A stretch of DNA of 64,000 nucleotides, taken from assembly GCF_009914755.1 (NCBI RefSeq), contig NC_060927.1. One strand, written 5' to 3'. The position numbers and the translations under genes are program-made. Below, one piece after another: positions 40,265 through 52,172 of the stretch (within the stretch, counting starts at the first letter, position 1; each line of letters begins with the position of its first letter). The notes under the pieces were generated by a model. That model did no database searches. It had not been told where the DNA came from and was given only the letters and a program-made list of their open reading frames with translations. This DNA comes from the human T2T-CHM13v2.0 reference genome, Homo sapiens.

Positions 40265-40465
40265 AGGGCATAGCTTCCGGAGCTAGGCACTAAGGTTCAA
40301 ATCCTAGCTGCGCAACTCCCTAGCAGTTTTCTCATCTGTAAAATGTGCATAATCATAGTATATACTTCACTGAGTGTTGTGGGGATTAAAAGAATTAATA
40401 TATGTGAAGGACTTCGAAGCGTGACTGGCATATATTAGGTGCTATGTGAGTCGGTTGTTGTTATT
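40265..40465 (+). mobile_element. MIR SINE
   Basis: ggttcaaatcctagct...cagttttctcatctgtaaaatg. Confidence 0.8.
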
Positions 40466-41279
40466 ACATACTTCCCAATAGTATCATTATCATCATCATC
40501 ATTATTATTAAGCACTTTACAATAGCAAGAGTTGCCATCAGCAGCCAGTTATGAGGGTGTTATGCTTATCCAGGCTGGACAAATCTGGGCCACTGGTTAG
40601 AGGAATGGAGAAGACAAGCTGACACCAAGAGACAGTGCAAAGGCAGGTGCACGACCTTCCACAGATGCCTGGTGCAGGCGGGAAGGAACTGGAGACGCAA
40701 AGTGGGACTCCAGGATGCCGCACTGGGGAGCATGGTAGGGCGTGCTCCACAGAGGGAAGGGGGGAAGAGAGAGGACCAGGAGCTTGGGGGCAGACATGCT
40801 GGCCTGAGGCCCCTCCAGGACTTCCACAGAGGACGGCCTTGGGCCCAGAGGATGCTTGCTCACCTTGAACATGAAGCTACTTCTTTTTCCCTCCTTGCAC
40901 AACAGCACTGACTGGACACAAAGCCAAAGTCAACCCCAGGGGAAGATAGGACAAACAATCACAGCAAGTACATCCCCAAGGACCCTTTCTGTTGACACAG
41001 GGACATTTCCTGAAGGTTTATTCTGCCCCAGCCGCTCCAGATATGTTATCTCATTTCACCCTGACAATAACCCAGAGGAGCTGTGTGCTCAGAAAGGGTT
41101 AAGTGACTTGCTCAAGGTCATGGGGTTAGCAAGGAGCAGAAGTGAAAATTGAACCTAGATCTGTCAGAAAGAGAGGGGGGGTCCAGGCTACAGACCCAGA
41201 AACTTGTGTTCTGACACCAGAGATGGGATTTCTCTGGGCCTTCATTTGTCTATCTTTAAAATGGGGATATTTGTCCTTC

Positions 41280-41355
41280 CTGCTCCACTTCTGGTATGAC
41301 TGAGGATGCTCCTATAGATCAAGTCTCCTGCAGATAACAACTATAAACTCTGCAC

Positions 41356-41392
<37 letters not shown>

Positions 41393-42085
41393 GACATAAA
41401 AACAAAACAAAACAAAACAAAGCAACTTTCTGAGGGCACTGGAGAGGAAGCCAAGGCAGGCAGATACTGGAGGGCATCAACACTTGCAAGAAAAGTACTG
41501 CACTGGGCGAGGTTTTGTCTCTGATGGCTTTTAGCCCAAGGGCAGGCCCTGGTTGGTACCACAGGAGCAGCTAAAACTCGGACAGAAGCCCACAGTTTAC
41601 TGGCTTGAAGAAACAGAAGACAGAACACAGGGCTACTTCAGCTGGTAGAATATGAAGAGAAAACCCCAGAAAGGAGAGAGCCAGAGAAAAGAGCCCCAGA
41701 TTCTGTGTATAAACTCTGCCCAGATCTCTGGCAGACTCCTGAACCATGCATGCACGAGGTACTCCCTAAGCAACCCAGCTAAGGCTAAAAGAACAAATTT
41801 CAGCTGCCATCCAAGAGACAGAGTTGGCAGCTGGAGTCCAACTGCTTGTTTGCTAAAGCAAACAAACAAAATCAACAGTCATCAGAAGAATATAACAGAA
41901 TCCAGAGTCTCCACACCATCACAGTCACAATGTCCAGGATACAATTCAAAATTACCACAAAAATGTCATAAAAAATGTTACCCATTTTAAAGAAAAATGG
42001 CAATCAATGAAGACCAATCCCAAGTTACACAGGGTGCTAGAATTAACAAACAAGAATTTCCAGATAACTATTATAACTAAATTCA
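41280..42085 (+). mobile_element. Ancient L1M 5'UTR/ORF1-start fragment containing (CA)n at ~41353-41390
   Basis: acttctggtatg...cagataacaactataaactctg...ctgagggcactggagag...acaatgtccaggatacaattcaaaattac. Confidence 0.65.
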
Positions 42086-42424
42086 ATATCTGTCCAACCT
42101 ACCTCACAGAGTTGTTAAAGGTAAAATATGCAAGCAAAAAGTGCTTTGGAAAGTTTCACATACACTACCTCTAAAAAATAAAAATAGAAGTGGTCTCCAC
42201 TTTTTATATCTGTTCCCAAAAACCACAGAATAAAGCAAACCATTTTAATATGCATCTTTCTTCTAGGAATAAGTTACACTCAAGGATTGATCAAAACCCT
42301 ATTGTTAAATAAATCACAAAGACAAAAATGTGTGACTATAAATCAAGGCCTATAATGCCTATTACGCCACAAATCATTTTAAAACGCAAAATGGGCCACA
42401 TGTCACAGTCTACTTTATGCAGTG

Positions 42425-42665
42425 GGAGGAGACAGTATGCATAGTGGTTACCATCATTGGTTCTGAAGTTAGACAACCTGGGCTCAAATCTTAGCCTCAT
42501 GACAGAGAAGCTTTCTTCCAAGGTGAGTTACTTAGCCTCTCTGGACATCAGTTTCCTATTGGAAAATATCAATATTAATGGTCCCTGCCTCTCAGGATTG
42601 TTGCCATAATTCACATACAGGCCTGCATAGCAACTTGGTGCACAGTCGAGTGCTTAATAAATAGC
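42425..42665 (+). mobile_element. MIR SINE
   Basis: gttagacaacctgggctcaaatc...ttacttagcctctctggacatcagtttcc. Confidence 0.8.
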
Positions 42666-44504
42666 AGCCACTGTAAAGGAGGTCAGGGAGAGAAGGAAAC
42701 TTGCCCAGCATTGTCCAGCTGGCCAATTACAGAACAGGGAGTAGAACCTGGATCTATTTTTCCATTTTTAAAACTCTTCTTCACACAAGTTTTTAAATAG
42801 ACACACATGCACTATAAATTGGTTATCCCAAGTTCCTTAAGCATTCTAAAACACACACATAAAAACACAAATTATAGCTCTGTCATGGCACAAGTTTGAT
42901 CAAAAAATTATGAATTTTAGAAATCAGAATATTTTATTTTTAAACTATTTTTTATTCCTTTGAATTTGAAAAGTCTTAAGATGTGGTTTAGAAGGACACT
43001 CTCCTTTTTAAAAGGTGACCCTGAAAATTTTACATGAGTGTTTTTCTATTTCCAATCACTTTCACCAGCGCCCACACCAAGCCTCAGAATTCACTCACAC
43101 ATAATCCTCGATAGCATCTTCATATGGGGGGGTCTCGCTGCAGCCTTTGTAAGCAGAGACCAAGCACCTCCTGAATATGGTTCTTTGCATTCACCATTTT
43201 TCTTTTCTCTTCCTTCCCATTTCCCTAACAGCTGACACAGCATTAAAGAAGTTAAGCTGTTAAAAAAAAAAAAGGCTTGAGGAGTTAAAGAGGAAAAGTC
43301 ACATTTCTTTGCCTGAATAATGTGAGGATTGTTATACCTGTTTGTGAAACTTGGGACTTTGTCTTTAAAAAAAAAAACAAACAAACAGGTGTTGGGATGG
43401 AAAGCCACTGAGAAAGGCAAAGTGTTCTTCTCTGCATAGCCCTCTTGCTCCCTGTGACCGAGTGAAGGGCTTGAGAAATAAACTACAAGTATTAAACACT
43501 AACTGCAAAGAAGAAACAGAGATCATCCAAATAGGCAGATCCAAACCTAAGCCAAGAGCCTCTAGCCCAGTTCTCGTTTTGTGAGAAGAAATTAGAACCT
43601 TAAAAAGTTTTCAGAATAAGACCCCAAACAACCAAGCCAGGAAGAGGACAGAAAACCTGGAGGAGCCCAAAGGGGTGCAGGAACTTCTGACAGGTGTATG
43701 GTGGGAGGACTGGACCAGGAGGCATTGATGAGAACTCAGCCAGAACATTCTAGAATTACAAGGAACAACCGGCCTGATTAATATGCGGAATCTTGGCAAG
43801 GCAGAAACGATTCTCAGTTATGTTTCCCACTCCAGGAGAACGTGACTTCCTGTTCGAAATGGAGGAGGGCTTTGTCCCAACACATGATGATCTTCACAGG
43901 CTGACATTCTGGTCTCTTCATTACACAGGAGTGACGCCTGAAGCTGAAGCAATTAACACAATGTTACACGACCGAAAGCTGAGGCAAGGGGCCAGTGTGG
44001 AGCCATGGTGAGTCACCAAGAACTCTGGATTCTTCCAGGGGCTGGCACTACCAGGTTGACTGGCCCTGGGAGATTTCTTTCTCCAACAATGGCCTCAGTT
44101 TCCTCATCTGCACAGAGTCAGACAGGTAGGGCGACCCCAAAAGTTCATCTCCCTTCTAAATGATACTAGGAAATCTGTTGGCTATAAATGAACTCATCGA
44201 TAACACTCATTTCCCATTTAGATTTTCTGAGGAAGTGACTTTGGACAACCATGGTGTACACACACGTACACACATACACAAACAGTACTTTCAGTCTGCA
44301 ATTGCCTGTCTATTCCTTCAGCACAATTAGGTCAACACTGTTGACCACAGTATACCACCTCCACCCCAATACTGGGCCAGACTCCATGATACCAGGTGAC
44401 TGGGTGTGCTGTGGGTGCCAAATGTCCACATATTGATCATCTTATCACACCTATTGAAAAATCCAGTAAGACTTGAAGTACCTTCCTGTCAGATGATTAA
44501 ATAA

Positions 44505-44859
<355 letters not shown>

Positions 44860-45269
44860 TGAAAGCATTCTATTAGTACAAGGCATTTTTACTTTCTTCC
44901 ACCCTGCTGGCTACTCCCTACTCCCTCAGAGACGGAGAGTCCCTCAAAGTCCTCCCACTTCTCCCTATCCTTCCCTGTCCTAGAAGCACGAAACCTACCT
45001 CTCCGGGCTGCCCTCGCCCTTGTGAACACTGACTTCTCTGACCAATGCCTGTGGTCCTGGTGACCTGGGCTGTGCCACATTCCACACTGTTCTATCGTGC
45101 AGTTGCCCACCCAATATGGTGAACAACAGCCCTTGGAGAGGGATTGATTAGGACAAACGCCCTCATTTTGCAGATGAAGGAATGAAGGTTCAAAGGAATT
45201 CTTTACATCATTCCTGTCTTGGGGAGGAAATCTTGCACTTACATTTGACTCTTCTTTGCATTTGGTATA

Positions 45270-45510
45270 AAAATAGCTATCATTTACTGAGAATTATCTA
45301 GGGGTCTAACCAATGCCTTTTCTGATGACTTTATTCAATTCTAACAACGCCAGGAAATATACTGCATTTTACAGATAAGAAACTCAGACTCACAGGGCCT
45401 AAGTAACTCATCCGAGGTCACAGAGCAAATGAGAGAGATGGGTCTCCCAGCAAATCTGCAGGCCTCAGCCCAGAGCTGTGCCACACTACAGCCCATGCTT
45501 TTAATCACTC
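45270..45510 (-). mobile_element. MIR SINE
   Basis: cattttacagataagaaactcagactcacagggcctaagtaact...aggtcacagagc. Confidence 0.8.
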
Positions 45511-45959
45511 TGCCAGCACTATTCCCTGACATGCAGGGTGATGGACTGCTACACAGCTGCTGATTAATTAGTGAATGCTGCTGCTATTTGCCCTCCTCCC
45601 CCAAGATAAACAAAGGCTGACCATGAGAAAGATACCAGTACACCCCCAGGAAGCCAGCCGATTCTCTGGTGATGAGTGATGCTGGGAACAGCAGACTGGA
45701 CATCTATGGGCATCTGATGGCCACTTTAAAGCACTCAAGGAGAGGTGAAGAAAAAAAAAATAGGCTCCCCTCCAATGCAATTTTTAAACCACTGATTCAC
45801 CATGCAATGCAGTGTTAAAGTCAAAAGAACCTTAGCCACTACTGTATTTGCAAAAATTCTGTACTTTGTTTTAAAAAGCACCATTTGTTAGCCCAACATT
45901 CCCCATGGAGCCAGTTGGGAGATGACATCTTGACAAGTTGGACTCTTTCGGGACAAAGA

Positions 45960-47211
45960 ATACAAGCTGCATCAGTTCTATTTCTTCCCCAGCCAGAATA
46001 CACAGGACTAGCCATCAAGGGGTAGAAGCAAAAATGGCTCCTCTCCTCTTAAACCTAGTGATATGGTTTGGATATTTGTCCCCTCCAAATCTCATATTGA
46101 TATTTGATCTCCCACGTTGGAGGTGGGGCCTAGTGGGAGGTGTTTGGGTCATAGGGGCGGATCCCTCACGAAAGGCTTGCTGTCCTCCTTCGAGGTAATG
46201 AGTGAGTTCACGTGAGAACTGGTTGTTTAAAAGAGCATGGCACCTCCTCGTCTCTTGCTTCCTCTCTCACCATGTGACACACCAGCTCCCCTTCCACTTG
46301 CACAATGTTTGGAAGCTCCTGGAAGCCCTCACCAGAAGCAGATGCTGACGCCATGCTTCTTGTACAGCTGGTGGAATCATAATCCAAATAAACTTTTTTT
46401 CTTTATAAATTGCCCAGTTTCAAGTATTCTTTTATGGCAATACAAACAGACCAAGACACCTAGTATGTTTAGAGTTTTGCTTACCAGCCCCACAATTTTT
46501 GAATCTGCAGATTTGGAGCTGCTGGTTCCCAAGAGAGGAATGCTTCCTCCAGGAGACACTGCAATGGTTTTACTGAACTAGAAGTTGAGATTGCCCCTTG
46601 GCTATTTTAGACTACCAATGCCACAGAAACAAAAGGCAAAGAAGGCAATTACCCTACTGGGTGAGGTGAATGATCCCAATTTCCACAGGGAAACTGGACT
46701 GGTGCCATTGCTGCCATACAACAGGGGCAGAGAAGAGTATGCCTGGCACCTGGAGAGTCTCTAGAGTGCCTCTTGGTACTTCCATGTCCAAGAGTAAAAA
46801 TCAATGGAAAACTAAAGCAACTAACAGACACACAGAGAGAATCACTGAGGATTGAGATCCCTAGGTTATTCCACCGGGTAATAAATAAACCTCTGCCACA
46901 GAAGGTGCTGGCTGAGGGCAAAAGCCAAGTCCCAGCAGTCACGGTTTCCATATTGAAGCAATGTTAATTCCTCCTCTCATTCCACCAATCCCAGATAAAT
47001 ATTCTATATCCTACAGACTGAACCAGGAAAATAATTTATGCCACCCAGAGACAGACACCATGCCAACTGGGACTTTTTGTCTTCCCTTAAGAGTGTGAAT
47101 ACTGCATGAAGCATAGACACATCATAGGCAGAAACAAAGCTGTCCTGCTGTTGTGCCAAGTTGAAAATGTGCAGGAGGATATGTGAATGCTGAGAATCTG
47201 AAGGGTTGGAC
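45960..47211 (+). mobile_element. ERV-L (class III) internal fossil: integrase C-terminus plus dUTPase pseudogene, interrupted by an MST LTR
   Basis: SPARIHRTSHQGVEAKMAPL | LELLVPKRGMLPPGDTAMVLLN*KLRLPLGYF...AKKAITLLGEVNDPNFHRET...REEYAW | VLPCPRVKINGKLKQ, resembling HERV-L pol-dUTPase; polypurine-tract-like aagggttggac at 47201-47211. Confidence 0.85.
46059..46458 (+). mobile_element. MSTB-like MaLR solo LTR
   Basis: tgatatggtttggatatttgtcccctccaaatctcat...accaagaca; perfect 5-bp TSD cctag. Confidence 0.92.
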
Positions 47212-47370
47212 TGTGCTGGTCATTTAGTTGCCATCTTTCTGATCCAAGTCTGACCTGTGTGGTGGGGCGAGGACTGTGCAAACTGCATCCTCGCTTTGCC
47301 AGTTGAATTTCTATTGGGTTCTGCCAGTAGGGGCTCAAGATGGAGAAGGCAGAGGGGAACCTTAAAGTCA
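47212..47370 (+). mobile_element. ERV-L 3' LTR start (LTR33/LTR41-like)
   Basis: TG start directly after the PPT; ttgccagttgaatttctattgggttctgccagtagggg. Confidence 0.6.
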
Positions 47371-47444
47371 ATATACCTTTACAGAAAGCTGGTGTGCATG
47401 TGCAAGAGTTTTAAATTATTCTGAATTATTGCATTTTCATATTA

Positions 47445-47800
47445 ATCATTCACTCATTCAGTCATTCAACAAGCATCCTCAGCACTGAGGCCCTAAGGAT
47501 TTAGCTGCTTAGAGAACAAGGACAAACCATGCCCTCATGGAGCTTACCATTATGGTTGGAGGACATGGTAAATACCACATAAACAATAATATGATTTCAG
47601 ATGATCGTAAGTTCCACAAAGAAAATAAGATAGAAACAGAGGTTGACAGTGAGTTGGGCAAGGAAAGAGGCTGTTTGGGGCAAGGTGGTAAAAGAAGGCC
47701 TCTCTGAAAAGCTAGCATTTAGGCAGAGACTATAAGGATGGGAGGGAAGAGGGAATGAACTGGGAGAAGACCTGGGACCCAAGGCTTCTAGGCAGAGGGG
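47445..47800 (-). mobile_element. L2 3' end
   Basis: cattcactcattcagtcattcaacaagcat...tgccctcatggagcttac. Confidence 0.75.
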
Positions 47801-49469
47801 CTCCATTACCCCATCAGAGAGAAACACCCTGGGTCATGTGCTATAAGAGGTATTTGGAGCAATGCCACAGTCGAAGGAGACTCACCATCGTGGGGGAAAC
47901 TGTTTGCTTACTTTCAGCAAATCCTACAAATCAGATATAGCTTAGTGGTTGAGTTCATGTCCTCACTCTGGCATGTGGTTATTTTTCTTTACTTTCAATT
48001 TACATTGCAAGCCTGGAGAGAAATGAATTACATCCCCCTGGGTTTCTCTGTTCCGTACAATTAAGAAAAGCTATTTCTTAGTCATAAGGCGGATGACGAC
48101 ACCAAGATTTCCCATTTTCTCTCCACAGGGAGGCTGTCATCACTCAATATTAATTGATCCTACTTTTCATCCATAAAGCAGGGGCTGAAACAAATTTTTG
48201 GTCACAAAAATGGCAACTATTACACTATTAAGGTAAATTATTAATGGTGCCTCCATTAAAGCACACTCCTGCTCACATGGCATCAGCTACCTCAATGCAT
48301 GGTTGTTTCTTTAATGGGGAAAAAGGAGTAAATTATTTGATTTTTTCCTGAAACTGGATTAATCACCTGCACCTATCTCATTTAAGGTTGCTGGGGATTT
48401 TCCACAGTTTCATCACAACTGAGAACACACAGATAGGGCTGTAATATGTCTTGAATTCCCAGCAGGAAAGTGTGTCAATTGAATGCAATTTTATTTTTCT
48501 GCTAGAGAGCAGATAAAGTGAAAACAGCAAGAAGACACAAGAAACTTTCACAAGTTGAGGAGAGCTAGTATCATTTAAAAAAATGTTTCCCTAGACAAAT
48601 AATTTGATGCTTATTTTTAGAGAGGCTGTGGTGGTGCTGAATTAGGGAAACCTAGTTTAAAAAAAGAAAAGAAAAAGGAGAAAAACAACCAAGTTGTATC
48701 TACAAATAAACAACCTGCAATGAATCAGGGACATATGGGAAGAGCCAAACCTCATTACCACTGACGGCAGCGACCAGATGCTGGCACCCAGGAAAAAACA
48801 ATTTTCCTATTCAAGGGAGGGCTCTGCTGCCCACACTTCCAATTCCTTCTCATTTATTTACATGAGTGCTAGGGCCTTGTGGAAGGCTAACCACAGGACA
48901 TTTGCATCTCATCAATATGTTTAAATGTCACAAATCTTGACTTTCACAGCTGAAAGCCAGGCTTAGCCACTTACAACCAGGCTGATGAATAACTGGTTGA
49001 CGCAGAAGGCATTTCTTAAACATATAATTTAATCTGAGAAGTGATGAGCTCTGCTCAACAGGCCCATGGCATGAAATTAGAAAAACATGCTAAGCATGTG
49101 TCTCCACAGTATCAAAGAAATGACAAAAATGGAAAAATCAACACAGTGATCATTTGCTTCTAGATTAGCAGAAGAACATCGTAGGGACCACTCTTGTTGA
49201 TGGTCTTTAAAGGACCATCGCTCCCATCTCCCAGGTGCTGTGTGGTGGCTGCTAAGCACTCACAGCTGCCCCTTCCTCTGGAAAATTGTCCCCAACCAAA
49301 CAGGAGCTTCCTGGGGGAGTTTAAGTGACTTGAGAGTGTCACAAAAACTATTAATGTGACCCCTTTGTTATACTCACTGTGACACAGACTGTGGGCTGTG
49401 TCAATTAAAACCCATTTCCACCTCTTTCTAGCTAATCTTCCTGAAATATAGAGCCCGGGGGCCAAAAGC

Positions 49470-49600
49470 TACATTTCCCATCTCCCAATAAGGAAACTGA
49501 GGCACAGAGAAGTGAAGTGACTTTCTCAAGCTCACACAGCTAATAAGCAGCAGAGCCAGAATTTGAAACCAGGTTGGTTCAAGAGTCTGTGCTCCCAACA
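49470..49600 (-). mobile_element. MIR SINE
   Basis: aggaaactgaggcacagagaagtgaagtgact...cagagccagaatttgaaaccagg. Confidence 0.85.
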
Positions 49601-49639
49601 ACTCCATGATGTTGTCTCTCATATAGAAGCAAGACTTTT

Positions 49640-50207
49640 TAACATAAACTGCCTGCATTATTAATATATAACAAATTACCACAAAACAGTGGCTTAAAAC
49701 AACATTTATTTTCTCACAGTTTCTGTGAGTCAGGAATCCAGGTGCAGCTTATCTGGGTGCCTCTGGCTCAAAATCTTTCATGAGGTTGCCTGAGGACATT
49801 GGCCAGGGCTGAAGTCATCTCAAGGCTCCACTGGGGGAAGATCCACTTCCAAGCTCATGCACACAGTTGTTGAGCAAGATTCAGATTCACTTTCCCCAGG
49901 GCTATTGGGCTTAGGGCCCCAATTCCTCACTGCCTGTTCACAGGAAGCCTCCCTCAGTTCCTTGCCACATGGGTCTCTCCACAGGTCAGCTCACAACACG
50001 GCAACCAGTTTCCTTCAGGGGAGTAATCAAGAGAGAGCGGGAGAGTGCAAGATGGAAGCTACAATCTTTTTGTAACCTAATCTCGGAAGTGATAACCCAT
50101 CACTTTTGCTGTATCCTGTTCACTAGAAGCAATTCACTAGGTACACAAGGCCGTGGATACCAGTAGGCAGGGGTCACTGGGGGCCATCTTGGCAGATGTC
50201 CACCATG
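49640..50207 (-). mobile_element. MaLR LTR (MLT1F-like)
   Basis: taacaaattaccacaaaacagtggcttaaaacaac...ctgggggccatcttgg. Confidence 0.85.
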
Positions 50208-52116
50208 CTACTTGATATCATAACACTAATGAGCAGGAAAGTTGAGTTAAAGTTGCTTTTTCATTAGGTAACTTGGCTCCCAAACCCAAGCACTGTATAG
50301 TACTCTAACATTCCTTGCAGGTAGGAGAACAAAACCTTGGCTGGTTCACCCCTCAGGGACACTGATCCCCATCACTTGCCTTAAGCCACTTCTGAATTCA
50401 CACTTTATATCCAAGAAAGTAAATGGTATTAAGAAAAAAGATATTTTCTTGGTTTTTAGTTGTTTTAGGCTAATTCATTAAATGAAGTCCACAATAAGAA
50501 ACTACTTATAGACATGAGAGTAAGTTTTTGTTTTCATTTACAGTCTCTAGATTGGCAAGAAACAGTGGTAAGAAAAGAAACAGTTGGATCACCAGTCTGA
50601 GGGATATGCAAGGCAATCCAGAAAAACCTCAACATCCTTCTCCCCATTCCTTGCACACCTTTACAGCATTATTCCAGCCTGGGCTATTAGAAACAGCATC
50701 AGTAACTTTTCTTTCACACACTTCATCTCGACCATTTCTCACCAAGCAAGCCATGATGGACTGAAGACCGGTGAGCCCATGCTCAGGGCATCTTTGATGC
50801 ATCTATTAAGGCCTTAAAAGTTCAGCCTGTTGGCATCAGCAGCCCTGATGAGTCCACTCACCCCCAGGAAGCTCGTTTGATTGAGGTACCTTTTCCAAGC
50901 TGCAGTTTGGTTGGTGGGTCCAAAGATTAGATTTGGTTTAGGATTTCCAGGGCCCCCTGCACCTACCAAACAGCAGACAAGTCTCTAGCCATGCAAGGTG
51001 CAGCAGGCCAAAGGCAAATAATGGTAAATCATGGCAGATGCTTCTCCAAGATAACACACAGACTCTATTAGGGCTATACCCAAGCTGGCCTGGTTTCCAG
51101 ATATAGGAGAACAGACACCAGACTAGGACATTAAAAACTCCAGAATTTGGTGGGATGTTTCAGACGCTGTTTCCTACATTGAGAGACCTTACTATCTTGT
51201 TCACCATTGCATGCTCAATACAGAGCCTGAAAAAGAGTAGATAATCAATAAATATTGAATGGATCAATTTTGTTAAGTAACTTTGCCAGACTGCTTTCTC
51301 CAAAAAGAAAAGTCCACCCACAAGCTTGCCAGCTCCCTTGGGAATATATTATTATACCTATCTTGTGTCAAAGCAACATGCATTCCTTATAGTGCCATGT
51401 TGTACTCATGCTTACAAACTAATTCTGAGCTTACACTAGGGATGCCCAAGTGAAATAATCCCTTCCCTCTTTTAAGAGGGCCCAATGAGGCTGTCAAACT
51501 AATGTGTACTCCTCCTGATAAATCATGTGTATGTACCTGCAAAGTATGTTTATGCAACAGAATAGAAAAACATCTCAGTGGCTGCTAAGTGTAGCAGGTA
51601 CTCCTTGCCCATGTAATTTTTACTTATCAGGAGCCCTGACCTGTAAACAAAGAAGAGTATGCCTGAAACACAGAACTGAGGAAATGACCTTCTAGACTTA
51701 ATGACAGTGGCATGCAACTTGAGGCCAGAATCACCTACCTTTTCACACCAGATTTGCTTTTGAAAATATTTCGTAGATAAAATTCAACAGGACTCCTGTC
51801 TTCTGAAGCATTGGTGAAATATGGTCAAACTATAAAATGACAGTGGACCCAGTGAAATTAGAGAAAGCTTAAAATTCTTTAACGCAATATTGCTAATAAT
51901 AATTAGTAGGGTGCATAGAATATTAACTTGTTTTCTGTTCCGCTTTAACCAAATTAGATAACAATTATTACCACTACCTCAAGGCTGCTTTTATGAATCC
52001 CTGCAGAAAAATAATTTGGTTTTGCTTTGACAGATAACAGTCATCAGCAAGGAATTTCATTTTACTGAAGGCAGGCTTAGTTGCTGAAATTTACTGCTTG
52101 GGTTACACACATATGC

Positions 52117-52135
52117 ACATGCACACACACACACA

Positions 52136-52170
<35 letters not shown>
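52117..52170. repeat. (CA)n microsatellite, interrupted
   Basis: Direct reading. Confidence 0.95.

Positions 52171-52172
<2 letters not shown>

Noticed and set aside
46237-46967. Domesticated retroviral dUTPase
   Set aside because: In-frame stop, frameshift, degenerate catalytic motif and an LTR insertion.
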